Shown: positions 33,503 through 44,604, counted from the stretch's first letter. The stretch: DNA of 45,545 nt from Pseudomonadota bacterium (GCA_023391905.1 JAEWAD010000382.1:1-45545); one strand, 5' to 3'. Notes: generated from the sequence alone by a model not told the origin. Numbers and translations: made by a program.

Positions 33503-34414
33503 TCACGCAGGCCTGTGGTGCGCGTGCCAGTGCCAGGCGATGTCGATCCGACGCGGGATCCAAACCTTCTCCTTGGCGAGCACGTAGTCGATGAAGCGCG
33601 CCAGCGCCGCGGCGCGGCCGGGCCGGCCGACGAGACGGCAATGCAGCCCGACGCTCATCATCTTCGGCGAACCCTGCTCGCCTTCCTCGTAGAGCACGTC
33701 AAAGGCGTCCTTCAGATAGGTGAAGAACTGGTCGCCCGCATTGAAGCCCTGCGGCGTCGCAAACCGCATGTCGTTGGTTTCGAGCGTGTAGGGAATGATC
33801 AGGTGCGGGCCGTTCGGTCCCTTGATCCAGTAGGGCAGGTCGTCGGCGTAACTATCTGAGGTATAGAGGAAACCACCCTCCTCCATCAGGATCTTGAGCG
33901 TGTTGTCGGACGGCTTGCCCTGGTAGAAGCCGAGCGGCCGGGAACCCGCCACCTCGGTGTGCAGGCGGATCGCCTCGTGGATGTGGCGGCGCTCCTCCTC
34001 CTCGGAGAAGTCCTTGTATTCGAGCCAGCGCAGGCCATGGCTCGCGAGTTCCCAATCCGCCTCCTTCATCGCAGCGACGGCTTCCGGATTGCGCGCCATC
34101 GCCTGCGTGACGCCGTAGCAGGTCACCGGCACGCGCCGGCTGGTGAACATCCGCCAGAGCCGCCAGAAGCCGGCGCGGGAGCCGTACTCGTAGATCGACT
34201 CCATGTTGAGATTGCGCTGGCCGACCCAGGGCTGGGCCCCGACGATCTCGGAGAGCAGCGATTCCGAGGCCTTGTCACCATCGAGGATGCTGCTCTCGCC
34301 GCCTTCCTCGTAGTTGACGACGAACTGCACCGCGACATTGGCGCCGCCCGGCCACTTCGGATCGGGCGGGTTGCGGCCATAACCGATCAGGTCACGCGGA
34401 TAGGATGTCGTCAT
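33503..34414 (-). CDS. puuE: Allantoinase PuuE (polysaccharide deacetylase fold)
   Basis: YPRDLIGYG, NYEEGGE, ESIYEYGSRAGFWRL, PYTL..NDMRF, GLHCRLVGRPGR. Confidence 0.93.
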   Translation of the reverse strand: MTTSYPRDLIGYGRNPPDPKWPGGANVAVQFVVNYEEGGESSILDGDKASESLLSEIVGAQPWVGQRNLNMESIYEYGSRAGFWRLWRMFTSRRVPVTCYGVTQAMARNPEAVAAMKEADWELASHGLRWLEYKDFSEEEERRHIHEAIRLHTEVAGSRPLGFYQGKPSDNTLKILMEEGGFLYTSDSYADDLPYWIKGPNGPHLIIPYTLETNDMRFATPQGFNAGDQFFTYLKDAFDVLYEEGEQGSPKMMSVGLHCRLVGRPGRAAALARFIDYVLAKEKVWIPRRIDIAWHWHAHHRPA

Positions 34415-34621
34415 GCTGGTCCCGCTCTTGGCGAATGGCTCTTAGCTAGTGGCTCTTGGCGAATGGTTATCGCCCGAGAAGCGGCGGCGGCGGCTCGTGG
34501 CTGGAAAACTGGATTCACAGCGTTAACGCGCCCCGCCGATTCACGCGGCGTTAACCTACATGGCCCAGAATCTAAACAATTGGTAGCGACGCCTGCTGCC
34601 GCCCGTCCGAAGGAGGACCGA

Positions 34622-34822
34622 ATGCAGATCGCGCACCCGCAGTTCCAGGCCACCAGCCTCCCCGCAGACGACCCGCGCTTCATGGCGGCCCTCGACCTGC
34701 AGATCGCGCAGATGCGCCGCGTTCTCGAACTGATGGCTCCGAACGCTGCCGACGCCATCGATGGCGCCTTCGCCCATGTTCCCTATGACGAGCGCATGCA
34801 GGCCGTCGCCAGCCACGGCTGA
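34622..34822 (+). CDS. Small hypothetical protein (66 aa)
   Basis: Strong AGGAGGA RBS, ATG at 34622, GC3-rich codons, followed by a terminator. Confidence 0.75.
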   Translation: MQIAHPQFQATSLPADDPRFMAALDLQIAQMRRVLELMAPNAADAIDGAFAHVPYDERMQAVASHG

Positions 34823-34843
34823 CGCCAAGCCCTTTCCCAATTG

Positions 34844-34879
34844 AAGAAGCCGGTGGGCGGGCCCACCGGCTTTTCTTTT
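34844..34879. terminator. Intrinsic terminator between the small ORF and pssA
   Basis: AAGCCGGTGGG-CGGG-CCCACCGGCTT followed by TTCTTTT. Confidence 0.88.
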
Positions 34880-34880
34880 G

Positions 34881-35729
34881 CTAGATGCTGTCGCCGATTT
34901 CGGTCTCGGCCGATCCGGCAGCCGCTGCCTGATCCTCGCGTCGATGCTTCTTCCAGGCGCGCCAGCCGATCGGCAAGGCCGCCAGATAGATGAAGGCGCC
35001 CGCCGCCAGCAGATGCCACGGGTAGCTCAACAGCGAAGCGGCCAAAACCACCACCAGCACGAAAAGCGGCAGGACGGCCTCGCGCGGCACGCGGGCGCCG
35101 AACTTCTTGCCGGACCAGGTCGGCAGCCGGCTGACCATCAGCAGCCCGACCGCGATGGTGTAGACGAGCACCAGCGGAGCCGTGAAGCTGTTGTGCGGCA
35201 GGTCGAGATATTCGAGATAGACCGGAAGCAGGACGATCAAGGCACCCGCAGGCGCCGGCACGCCGACGAAGAAATTCGCCTGCCAGTCCGGCTTGTTCGG
35301 GTTGTCGATCGAGACGTTGAACCGCGCCAGCCGCAATGCCGCGCAGATGGCGAAGACAAGCGCCGCGATCCAGCCGAGCGATCGCACCTCGTCCAGCGTC
35401 CAGACATAGAGCAGGATCGCCGGCGCGACGCCGAAATTGACGAAGTCCGTCAGCGAATCGAGCTCGGCGCCGAAGCGCGAGGTCGAACGCAGCAGCCGCG
35501 CCACCCGCCCGTCGATGCCGTCGAGCACCGCCGCGATGACGATCATCGAGATCGCCTCGCCATAGCGCGCCTCGATCGCCATGCGGATCGCCGTCAGTCC
35601 GGCGCAGAGCGCCAGAAGCGTCACGAGGTTGGGCAGGATCATCCGGATCGGAATCTGCCGCACCTGGCGCAGGCGTGGACGATGGCCGCCCTCGTCATCC
35701 GGATCGAAGGGCGGGAAGATCGTCTCCAT
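34881..35729 (-). CDS. pssA: CDP-diacylglycerol--serine O-phosphatidyltransferase
   Basis: LPNLVT, DGIDGRVAR..S.FGAELDSL.D..FGVAPA, LRLARFN, F.GVPAP. Confidence 0.94.
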   Translation of the reverse strand: METIFPPFDPDDEGGHRPRLRQVRQIPIRMILPNLVTLLALCAGLTAIRMAIEARYGEAISMIVIAAVLDGIDGRVARLLRSTSRFGAELDSLTDFVNFGVAPAILLYVWTLDEVRSLGWIAALVFAICAALRLARFNVSIDNPNKPDWQANFFVGVPAPAGALIVLLPVYLEYLDLPHNSFTAPLVLVYTIAVGLLMVSRLPTWSGKKFGARVPREAVLPLFVLVVVLAASLLSYPWHLLAAGAFIYLAALPIGWRAWKKHRREDQAAAAGSAETEIGDSI

Positions 35730-35730
35730 G

Positions 35731-36432
35731 TCAGTCGACCCGAACGCCGGTGATCGCGCCGCCCTGGCCGAAGCGGGCCAGCACCGTCTCGCCGGCGACG
35801 GCGGGCTGGCCCTCGGCCACGAGCGGCACGGCGCCTTCGGGCAGGTAGACGTCGAGACGCGAGCCGAAGCGGATCAGGCCGTAGCGCTCGCCGGCGGCCA
35901 GCTGCGATCCCTCGCGGGTGAAGCAGACGATGCGGCGCGCGACGAGGCCGGCGATCTGCACGACGCCCAGCTTGCCGTGGACGCCGTCGATGACGAGGCC
36001 GTTGCGCTCATTGTCCTCGCTCGCCTTGTCCAGCTCGGCATTCAGGAACTTGCCAGGCTTGTAGGCGATGCGGTGCACGCTGCCGGCGACCGGTGCGCGG
36101 TTCACGTGGCAGTTGAACACGTTCATGAAGACGGAGATCCGCACGCGCGGCGCCGTTCCCAGCTCGAGCTCCGGCGGCGGCACGACGGGGCCGACCGCCG
36201 AAACCCGGCCGTCGGCAGGGCTGATCACCAGATCCGGGTCGATCGGCGTCACCCGCGACGGATCGCGGAAGAAATAGACGCACCACGCCGTCACGATCAG
36301 ACCGAGCCAGAACAGCGGTCCCCACAGCCAGCCCAGGAAGAGCGTGACGAAGGCGAGGATCGCGATGAAGGGGTAGCCCTCGCGGTGGATCGGCACGAAG
36401 TTCGCCCGGATCGATTTCAGCACAGAATCCAT
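35731..36432 (-). CDS. psd: Phosphatidylserine decarboxylase
   Basis: [30 protein letters not shown] cleavage motif. Confidence 0.95.
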   Translation of the reverse strand: MDSVLKSIRANFVPIHREGYPFIAILAFVTLFLGWLWGPLFWLGLIVTAWCVYFFRDPSRVTPIDPDLVISPADGRVSAVGPVVPPPELELGTAPRVRISVFMNVFNCHVNRAPVAGSVHRIAYKPGKFLNAELDKASEDNERNGLVIDGVHGKLGVVQIAGLVARRIVCFTREGSQLAAGERYGLIRFGSRLDVYLPEGAVPLVAEGQPAVAGETVLARFGQGGAITGVRVD

Positions 36433-36501
36433 GCCTTGCCCTGTCTCCTTGGATAAGCAGCGGTTCGGTAGATCACGGATAGGCCGAAGTGTGAAGCCGG
36501 A

Positions 36502-38439
36502 CTAGCCAACCGTCTCCAGTTCCGCCTTCGGTCCACGCGTCACGACGCCCAGCGTATCGGTCTCCTGGACCTGCCGCAGCCGCTCGGCCGCCTCGTCGGC
36601 TTCGCGCTGCCGATCCCACATGGAGGCATAGAGTCCGCCAAGCCGCATCAGCGTGTCGTGGTTGCCGCGCTCCAGGATCTGGCCGGCTTCGAGCACGATG
36701 ATTTCGTCGGCCGTCACAACTGTGGACAGACGGTGCGCGATCACGAGCGTGGTGCGTCCCGATGACACCCGGTCGAGTGCGCCCTGAATCTCCCGCTCGG
36801 TATGCGTGTCGAGCGCCGACGTCGCCTCGTCCAGCACCAGGATGGGCGGCGCCTTCAGAATCGTACGGGCAATCGCCACGCGCTGCTTCTCGCCGCCCGA
36901 GAGCTTCAGGCCGCGCTCGCCGACCTCCGAATCATAGCCATCCGGCAGCGCCTCGATGAAGTTCCCGATCTGGGCCATCCGCGCCGCCTCGTACACTTCC
37001 TCCATGGTGGCGCTCGGCCGGCCATAGCGGATGTTGTAGGCGATCGTGTCGTTGAACAGCACCGTATCCTGCGGGACCATGCCGATCACGGCGCGCACGC
37101 TTGTCTGCTGAACGTCTCGGATGTCGACGCCGTCAATGGTGATGCGACCCGCCGTGACATCGTAGAAACGGAACAGCAGGCGCGAGATCGTCGACTTGCC
37201 GGCGCCGGAGGGGCCGACGATGGCGACCGTCTTGCCGGCGGGCACCTCGAAGTCGACGCCCTTCAGGATCTCACGCTGCGGATCGTAGTGGAACGACACG
37301 TTCTCGAAACGGACCGTGCCTTCCGAAACCGCAAGCGCCGGCGCGCCTGCCTTGTCCTGCACCTCCTCCGGCATGTCGAGCAGGCGGAACATGGCCTCGA
37401 CGTCGGCCAGGCCCTGCTTCAGCTCGCGATAGACGGTGCCGATGAAGTTGAGCGGGAACGACAGCTGGATGAGCAGCGCGTTGATCATGACGAAATCGCC
37501 GATCGTCTGCTCGCCGCGCATGATCGCCATGCCGCTGAGCGCCATGCAGACCGTCATGCCCGTCGTGAAGATCACCGTCTGGCCGAAGTTCAGCCAGGCG
37601 AGCGACGTCCAGGTCTTGATCGAGGCGGCCTCGTAACGCGCCAGCGACTTGTCGTAGCGCGCCGCCTCCATCGCCTCGTTGCCGAAATACTTCACCGTCT
37701 CGTAGTTGAGCAGCGAGTCGACCGCCTTCGAGTTGGCGTCCGTGTCGGAGGCGTTCATCTCGCGGCGGATGGCGATGCGCCAGTTGGAGGCGACCACCGT
37801 GAACCAGACATAGGCGACGATGGTCAGCGAGATGACGATGACATAGGAGAAATTGAACTGCCAGGCGATGACGACGGCCGCCAGCAGGAACTCAAGCAGG
37901 GTCGGGAACGTGTTCAGGATGATGTGGTCGACGATCGAGTCGATGCCCTTCATCCCGTGGTCCATCGTCCGCGACAGGCCGCCGGTGCGGCGCTGCAGAT
38001 GGAAGCGCAGCGACAGCCGGTGCATGTGCACGAAGGCGCGGTGACCGAGCTTGCGGATCGCGTTCTCGCTGACGCGCGCGAACAGCGCATCGCGCAGCTG
38101 GTTGAAGGCATTGAGCAGGATGCGGCCGACGCCATAGGCGATGACGAGCATGATCGGCGCGGCGACGATCAAGGCGAAGCCCGACTTGTCGCCGGCGGCA
38201 TTCGCGGGCGAGACGAGCGCGTCGGTCGCCCATTTGTAGAGGAAGGGGATGCAGACGGTCAGGACCTTGGCCAGCACCAGGATGACCAGGGCGCCGGCAA
38301 CGCGTACCTTCAAGTCGGTCCGGTCCTTCGGCCAGATATAGGGCCAGAGGGCGGCGATGGTGGAGAACGCCGTGGCGTCTCGTTCTTCGACCGGCGGGTT
38401 CTTGCCCGCCTTCGGCTCGGCGCTGTTGGTCGCGCTCAT
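36502..38439 (-). CDS. ABCB-family ATM1-like exporter (fused permease/ATPase)
   Basis: LSLRFHL.RRTG, DSLLNYETVKYF, GPSGAGKST, VPQDTVLFN, LSGGEKQR. Confidence 0.93.
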   Translation of the reverse strand: MSATNSAEPKAGKNPPVEERDATAFSTIAALWPYIWPKDRTDLKVRVAGALVILVLAKVLTVCIPFLYKWATDALVSPANAAGDKSGFALIVAAPIMLVIAYGVGRILLNAFNQLRDALFARVSENAIRKLGHRAFVHMHRLSLRFHLQRRTGGLSRTMDHGMKGIDSIVDHIILNTFPTLLEFLLAAVVIAWQFNFSYVIVISLTIVAYVWFTVVASNWRIAIRREMNASDTDANSKAVDSLLNYETVKYFGNEAMEAARYDKSLARYEAASIKTWTSLAWLNFGQTVIFTTGMTVCMALSGMAIMRGEQTIGDFVMINALLIQLSFPLNFIGTVYRELKQGLADVEAMFRLLDMPEEVQDKAGAPALAVSEGTVRFENVSFHYDPQREILKGVDFEVPAGKTVAIVGPSGAGKSTISRLLFRFYDVTAGRITIDGVDIRDVQQTSVRAVIGMVPQDTVLFNDTIAYNIRYGRPSATMEEVYEAARMAQIGNFIEALPDGYDSEVGERGLKLSGGEKQRVAIARTILKAPPILVLDEATSALDTHTEREIQGALDRVSSGRTTLVIAHRLSTVVTADEIIVLEAGQILERGNHDTLMRLGGLYASMWDRQREADEAAERLRQVQETDTLGVVTRGPKAELETVG

Positions 38440-38568
38440 TGGACGTATCTCCAGATTGGCTGCCGTCGCGCATCCCGCGCAACGTCAAATCCGCGCCGGA
38501 AGGCTCTTCCGGGCGCGGATTTCAAGGGACGCGCGGCGGCGCGCCCCGACACATGTGGTGGCTGTCGT

Positions 38569-40068
38569 TCAGTTAGTCCAGTTGGAGTCCCCGGCCGGCA
38601 GAACGAAGGTCTGGCCCGGGTAGATCAGATGTGGACTGCGGATCTGATCGTGATTGGCTTCATAGATGGTGGAATAGCGGATACCGCGGCCGTAGAGCCG
38701 GCGCGAGATCGTCCAGAGATTGTCGCCGCGACGGATGATGACGCTCTGCGGCGCCGGAACGTTGCCGTCCGCCGACGCGCCGCTGCCGCCGCTGCCCGTC
38801 GCCACGACCGGCGCCAGCATCGCCACGTCCTCGGTGCGCTCGAACGGAACCTCGGCGCGCTCGACGACCTTGCCGGACCCGTCGGCCTCGACCTGGTCGG
38901 CGCGAACGATGCGACGGCCGGGCTCGACCGTGCGCTTGGTCTCCAGCAGCCAGCGGCCGTTCTCTTCCGGCTTCGCCTCGCCAACCAGCTTGTCGTCCAT
39001 GTAGACGCGCACCGGCGCCTTGGACTTGGCCGATCCGGCGACAAAGAGCTTGCCGTCCTCGACTTCGACCGCGTCGACCGTGACCTTGGGTTCGGTCGCG
39101 GGTGCGGAAGCGTCGGCCGTCGTCGCAGCCTTGTCGGCGGGCGCCCCCGCCTCGGCCGCCGGCTTACCGTCCGTGGAAGCCGGCGTCTGCGAGCCGGCGC
39201 CCTGCCCAGCCTCGGCGGCAACCTTCTGGCCGGCATCGGCGGCATTGCCTTCAGCCTGCGCGGTCGCCGTGCCGGCGCCCGCCTGTTCTTCGGCCGGCGC
39301 GGCCTTGTCCCCGGACGGGGCGGCCCCTGCGGCAGCGGGAGTTGCGGCTTCGGAAGAGGATCCAGCATCCGGCTTGGCCTGATCCGACGCCGCGGCGGCC
39401 ACCTGCTGCTCGCCCGGCGCAGCCGGCTTCTGCAGCACCTTGCTTGCCGTCTCGGGCGTGTTCAGCACCACCAGTGCCTCGCCCTTGCCGGGCTCCTGCA
39501 CATGCACGGCCACGCTCTGCTCGGAGAGCGTTTCGACCTTCTTGTCGGCTGACGTCGTGCGGATCGAGAGGTCGTGCGTGCCCGGGGCGAGCGGCTTCTC
39601 GATCGCCATGGCCCACTCGCCGCGCTCGTTCGCCTCGGCGGTCGCGACCGTCGACGAACCATCGAGCAGTTCAACCTTGGACTGCGGCGCGGCCAGGCCG
39701 GCGACCACGGTCTCACCGGTCGGCTCGACGCGGACGATATCGAAGCTCGGAACGGCACCTTCGGCCGGAACCTCGGCCTTCTGCTCCGCTCCGGCGCCAG
39801 GCTTGGCCGCGGCGCTCTCGCCTTCGGCGGCAGTGCCAGTCTCGGCGGCCTTTGCGGCTTCCGGCGCCTTGTCGGCATTCGCGGTCGGATCGGCCGGCGC
39901 CTTGGCATCGGCCGGAGGCGCGCTCGCTTCCTGCTCGGGGGCGGACGCCTTGTCGGTTGTCGGCTTGGCAATCAGGCCGTAGTACCCCCCGACCAGGATC
40001 GCAGCGACGGCGACGATGCCGGCGACGCGAGCAGATGTCTTGGGTCCGGGAGGTGTCTGCTCAGCCAT
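38569..40068 (-). CDS. LysM peptidoglycan-binding protein with N-terminal membrane anchor
   Basis: C-terminal LysM (IRRGDNLWTISRRLYGRG..IYEAN..I..P.LIYPGQ); two similar beta-rich modules separated by Ala/Pro-rich linkers. Confidence 0.88.
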   Translation of the reverse strand: MAEQTPPGPKTSARVAGIVAVAAILVGGYYGLIAKPTTDKASAPEQEASAPPADAKAPADPTANADKAPEAAKAAETGTAAEGESAAAKPGAGAEQKAEVPAEGAVPSFDIVRVEPTGETVVAGLAAPQSKVELLDGSSTVATAEANERGEWAMAIEKPLAPGTHDLSIRTTSADKKVETLSEQSVAVHVQEPGKGEALVVLNTPETASKVLQKPAAPGEQQVAAAASDQAKPDAGSSSEAATPAAAGAAPSGDKAAPAEEQAGAGTATAQAEGNAADAGQKVAAEAGQGAGSQTPASTDGKPAAEAGAPADKAATTADASAPATEPKVTVDAVEVEDGKLFVAGSAKSKAPVRVYMDDKLVGEAKPEENGRWLLETKRTVEPGRRIVRADQVEADGSGKVVERAEVPFERTEDVAMLAPVVATGSGGSGASADGNVPAPQSVIIRRGDNLWTISRRLYGRGIRYSTIYEANHDQIRSPHLIYPGQTFVLPAGDSNWTN

Positions 40069-40293
40069 GAATGCTCAAACCTGTCGCTCAAAACGGAACG
40101 TCGTTTCGCGTCCCGCGCCCGAGGGCCTGTTTCCCCTGCCGGTTGCCGATTCCTCGGTGTTCCCGGCCTATTCTCCGCCTTGTTATACCCGCTTTCAAGG
40201 ACGCCACAAGGCGACGAAACCGCAGTTTCCAAGGCACTGCGGCAGATTGGCCGCAGCTTGACGGTCGCCCGCCCCGGATGCGAGGAAGGCGTC

Positions 40294-40899
40294 ATGACCG
40301 AGCTTTCTTCGATTTGCGTCTATTGCGGCTCGTCCGCGGGTGACGACCCGATCTACGCGGCATCCGCCGAGCATCTTGGCCAGGCGATGGGCGAGGCCGG
40401 CATCGGTCTCGTCTATGGCGGCGGCGCCATCGGCCTGATGGGCATCACCGCCCGCTCGGTGATGGCGGCCGGCGGCCACGTGACCGGAATCATCCCGCAG
40501 TTCCTCAAGGAGCGCGAGGTGATGCTCGAGACGGCGCACGAGCTCGTCGTCACCAACGACATGCATGAGCGCAAGCGGCTGATGTTCGAGCAGTCCGACG
40601 CGTTCGTCGCGCTGCCCGGCGGCATTGGCACACTCGAGGAACTGGTCGAGATGATGACCTGGGCGCAGCTCGGCCGGCACCGGAAGCCGGTCCTGATCGC
40701 CAACATCAATGGCTTCTGGGACCCGCTGATCGCGCTGCTCCGGCACATGTCGTCGGCCGGCTTCATCCGCAGTGGATTCGAGGTCAGCTACCTCGTCGCC
40801 GACAGCGCCGCCGACATCCTGCCGAAGCTCCGGAAAGCGAGCGCCGAGGCCGCTGCCCCCGCGCTCGCCATCGAGCCCATGCCGATCGCTGATCTCTGA
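40294..40899 (+). CDS. LOG family protein (TIGR00730 Rossmann fold)
   Basis: SICVYCGSS, LVYGGG..GLMG, MHERK, LPGGIGTLEEL; ATG at 40294. Confidence 0.93.
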   Translation: MTELSSICVYCGSSAGDDPIYAASAEHLGQAMGEAGIGLVYGGGAIGLMGITARSVMAAGGHVTGIIPQFLKEREVMLETAHELVVTNDMHERKRLMFEQSDAFVALPGGIGTLEELVEMMTWAQLGRHRKPVLIANINGFWDPLIALLRHMSSAGFIRSGFEVSYLVADSAADILPKLRKASAEAAAPALAIEPMPIADL

Positions 40900-40932
40900 G
40901 GCCGGAAGGCGGCCTCCGAGAGAGGGCACGTC

Positions 40933-40963
40933 CCGTCACCCCTCCCTGAGGGAGAGGTGACGG
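40933..40963. terminator. GC-rich hairpin between convergent LOG and cimA
   Basis: CCGTCACC-C-CTCCC-TGA-GGGAG-A-GGTGACGG; no U tract. Confidence 0.55.
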
Positions 40964-40984
40964 AAGCGCGTCCACGGGGCAGCC

Positions 40985-42589
40985 TCACCCATGCGCCGGC
41001 TTGGCGCCCGACTTGATCAGCTTGTAGATGATCGAGTCGTGCAGCGCCTCGAACGAGGCGTCGACCACGTTTTCCGATACGCCGATCGTCATCCAGCTCT
41101 CGCCGGCGCCGTCGCGCGTCTCGATCAGGACGCGGGTGACCGCCTCGGTGCCGCCATTCAGGATGCGGACCTTGTAGTCGATCAGCTCGAGGTCCGAGAT
41201 GATATCCTGGTAGACGCCGAGGTCCTTGCGCAGCGCGCGGTCGAGCGCGTTGACGGGGCCATTGCCCTCCTCGACGGTCAGCAATCGGGCGCCGCCGACG
41301 ATGAGCTTCACAACGGCCTCCGAGACCGAGATCTGCTTGCCGACCGCGTTGAAGCGGCGCTCGACGGTGACGTGGAAGCTCTCGACGGTGAAATAGTCCG
41401 GGACGCTGCCGAGCGTGCGGCGAGCCAGGAGCTCGAAGGACGCGTCGGCGCCCTCGTAGGAATACCCGACCGCCTCACGCTCCTTGACCTCGGCCAGCAA
41501 CGCGTCGAGCCGGCGATCGGCCTTGTCGACCGTGATGCCGAGGCGCGACAGCTCGGCCAGCAGGTTGGAGCGGCCGGCCTGGTCGGAGACGAGCACGCGG
41601 CGGTGATTGCCGACCAGCTCCGGCTTCACATGCTCGTAGGTGCTGGGATCCTTGACGATCGCCGAAGCATGGATGCCGGCCTTGGTCGCGAAGGCGGAAG
41701 CGCCGACATAAGGCGCCTGCCGGTTGGGGGCGCGGTTGACGATCTCGTCGAAGCGATGCGACAGCGCGGTAAGCCCCTTCAGGCCCTCGGCCGTGACGCC
41801 GATCTCGAAGCGGTCCGCATAGGCCGGCTTCAGCATCAGCGTCGGGATGATCGAGGTCAGGTTGGCGTTGCCGCAGCGCTCGCCGATGCCGTTCAGCGTG
41901 CCCTGGATCTGGCGCGCGCCGCCTCGGACGGCGGCCAGCGAATTGGCGACCGCCTGCTCGGTGTCGTTGTGCGCATGCACGCCGAGATGATCGCCGGGGA
42001 TCGTCTTCGCGACCTCGCGGACGATCGCCTCGACTTCCTCCGGCAGCGTGCCGCCATTGGTCTCGCAGAGCACGACCCAGCGCGCGCCGGCGTCATAGGC
42101 GGCCTTGGCGCAGGCCAGCGCATAGGTCGGGTTCGCCTTGTAGCCGTCAAAGAAGTGCTCGCAATCGACGAGCGCTTCCTTGCCGGCCTTCACGGCGGCC
42201 TCGACCGACTGGCGGATGCCCTCGAGGTTTTCCTCCTCGGTCGCCCCGAGCGCCACCTTGACCTGGTAGTCCCAGCTCTTGGCGACGAAGCAGATCGCGT
42301 CCGAGGCCGAGGCGAGCAGCGTGTTGATGCCGGGATCGTTGGAGAGGCTGACCCCTGCCCGCTTGGTCATGCCGAAGGCGGTGAACTTCGCCCGGTTCGT
42401 CCGCTTCTCGGTGAAGAAGCGGGTGTCGGTCGGATTGGCGCCAGGATAGCCGCCCTCGACATAGTCGACACCGAGCTGGTCGAGCAGCCCGGCGATCAGC
42501 ACCTTGTCCTCGACCGAGAAGTCGACGCCGTTCGTCTGGGCCCCGTCGCGCAGGGTCGTATCGAAGAGGTAAAGTCGCTCTTTCGTCAT
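40985..42589 (-). CDS. cimA: Citramalate synthase
   Basis: DTTLRDGAQ, EGGYPGANP, KSWD.QV, DCEHFFDG, HAHND, GERCGN, GNGPVNALD, LIDYKVRIL; CimA-type rather than LeuA-type motifs. Confidence 0.9.
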   Translation of the reverse strand: MTKERLYLFDTTLRDGAQTNGVDFSVEDKVLIAGLLDQLGVDYVEGGYPGANPTDTRFFTEKRTNRAKFTAFGMTKRAGVSLSNDPGINTLLASASDAICFVAKSWDYQVKVALGATEEENLEGIRQSVEAAVKAGKEALVDCEHFFDGYKANPTYALACAKAAYDAGARWVVLCETNGGTLPEEVEAIVREVAKTIPGDHLGVHAHNDTEQAVANSLAAVRGGARQIQGTLNGIGERCGNANLTSIIPTLMLKPAYADRFEIGVTAEGLKGLTALSHRFDEIVNRAPNRQAPYVGASAFATKAGIHASAIVKDPSTYEHVKPELVGNHRRVLVSDQAGRSNLLAELSRLGITVDKADRRLDALLAEVKEREAVGYSYEGADASFELLARRTLGSVPDYFTVESFHVTVERRFNAVGKQISVSEAVVKLIVGGARLLTVEEGNGPVNALDRALRKDLGVYQDIISDLELIDYKVRILNGGTEAVTRVLIETRDGAGESWMTIGVSENVVDASFEALHDSIIYKLIKSGAKPAHG

Positions 42590-42798
42590 TCTGCGTCTTC
42601 TTCCGGTGCGGCCTTGCGATCCCAGGTCGTCCAGAACTCGCCGGTGACCTCGTCCTTGCCGTCGATGATGACCAGCCCCATCGCGTCGAGCTGCTTGCGG
42701 ATCGCGTCGGCCTTGGCGAAGTCCTTGGCCTCGCGCGCCGCAATGCGGTCGGCGATCAACTGTTCGATCAGGTCTTCGTCGAGCGGAATGCTGGTCAT
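42586..42798 (-). CDS. Stand-alone CysRS C-terminal (anticodon-binding-like) domain protein, 70 aa
   Basis: 28/53 identities, ungapped, to the C-terminus of the adjacent CysRS; stop overlaps the cimA start (ATGA). Confidence 0.82.
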   Translation of the reverse strand: MTSIPLDEDLIEQLIADRIAAREAKDFAKADAIRKQLDAMGLVIIDGKDEVTGEFWTTWDRKAAPEEDAE

Positions 42799-42918
42799 CG
42801 TGGTGTCTTTCTGTTGGCAGCGCGCTTCAACGCGCGCGTGAACTCTGGCGCGGGGCAGTGGGGCGGTCGCGACGAACGAGGCGGCCTGAAGCTGTGTCGA
42901 CAACAACACCCTCCCCCC

Positions 42919-43029
42919 TCATCCCTGCGAAAGCAGGGATCCATTCAGCGGGAGCCTTGGGTATTGAAGTCACTACCTTGCCAACCTCGATGAACCCAGC
43001 GGCATGGATCCCTGCTTTCGCAGGGATGA
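42919..43029. repeat. Palindromic miniature element with perfect 26-bp terminal inverted repeats (RPE/dRS3-like)
   Basis: TCATCCCTGCGAAAGCAGGGATCCAT (42919-42944) and its exact reverse complement (43004-43029); each arm is itself a hairpin. Confidence 0.88.
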
Positions 43030-43098
43030 CGGCGAGCGTGGTGCCGGCGCCGGAGCCAACCGCAACGGCGTCGGAAAAGGCAGAGACGACGACCGCCC

Positions 43099-44604
<1,506 letters not shown>

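Noticed and set aside
36802..39552. 916-aa plus-strand ORF, and similar long antisense ORFs such as 31629-33446 and 40991-42841
   Set aside because: Antisense shadows of well-supported genes; long stop-free reverse frames are expected in high-GC DNA and show no recognisable motifs
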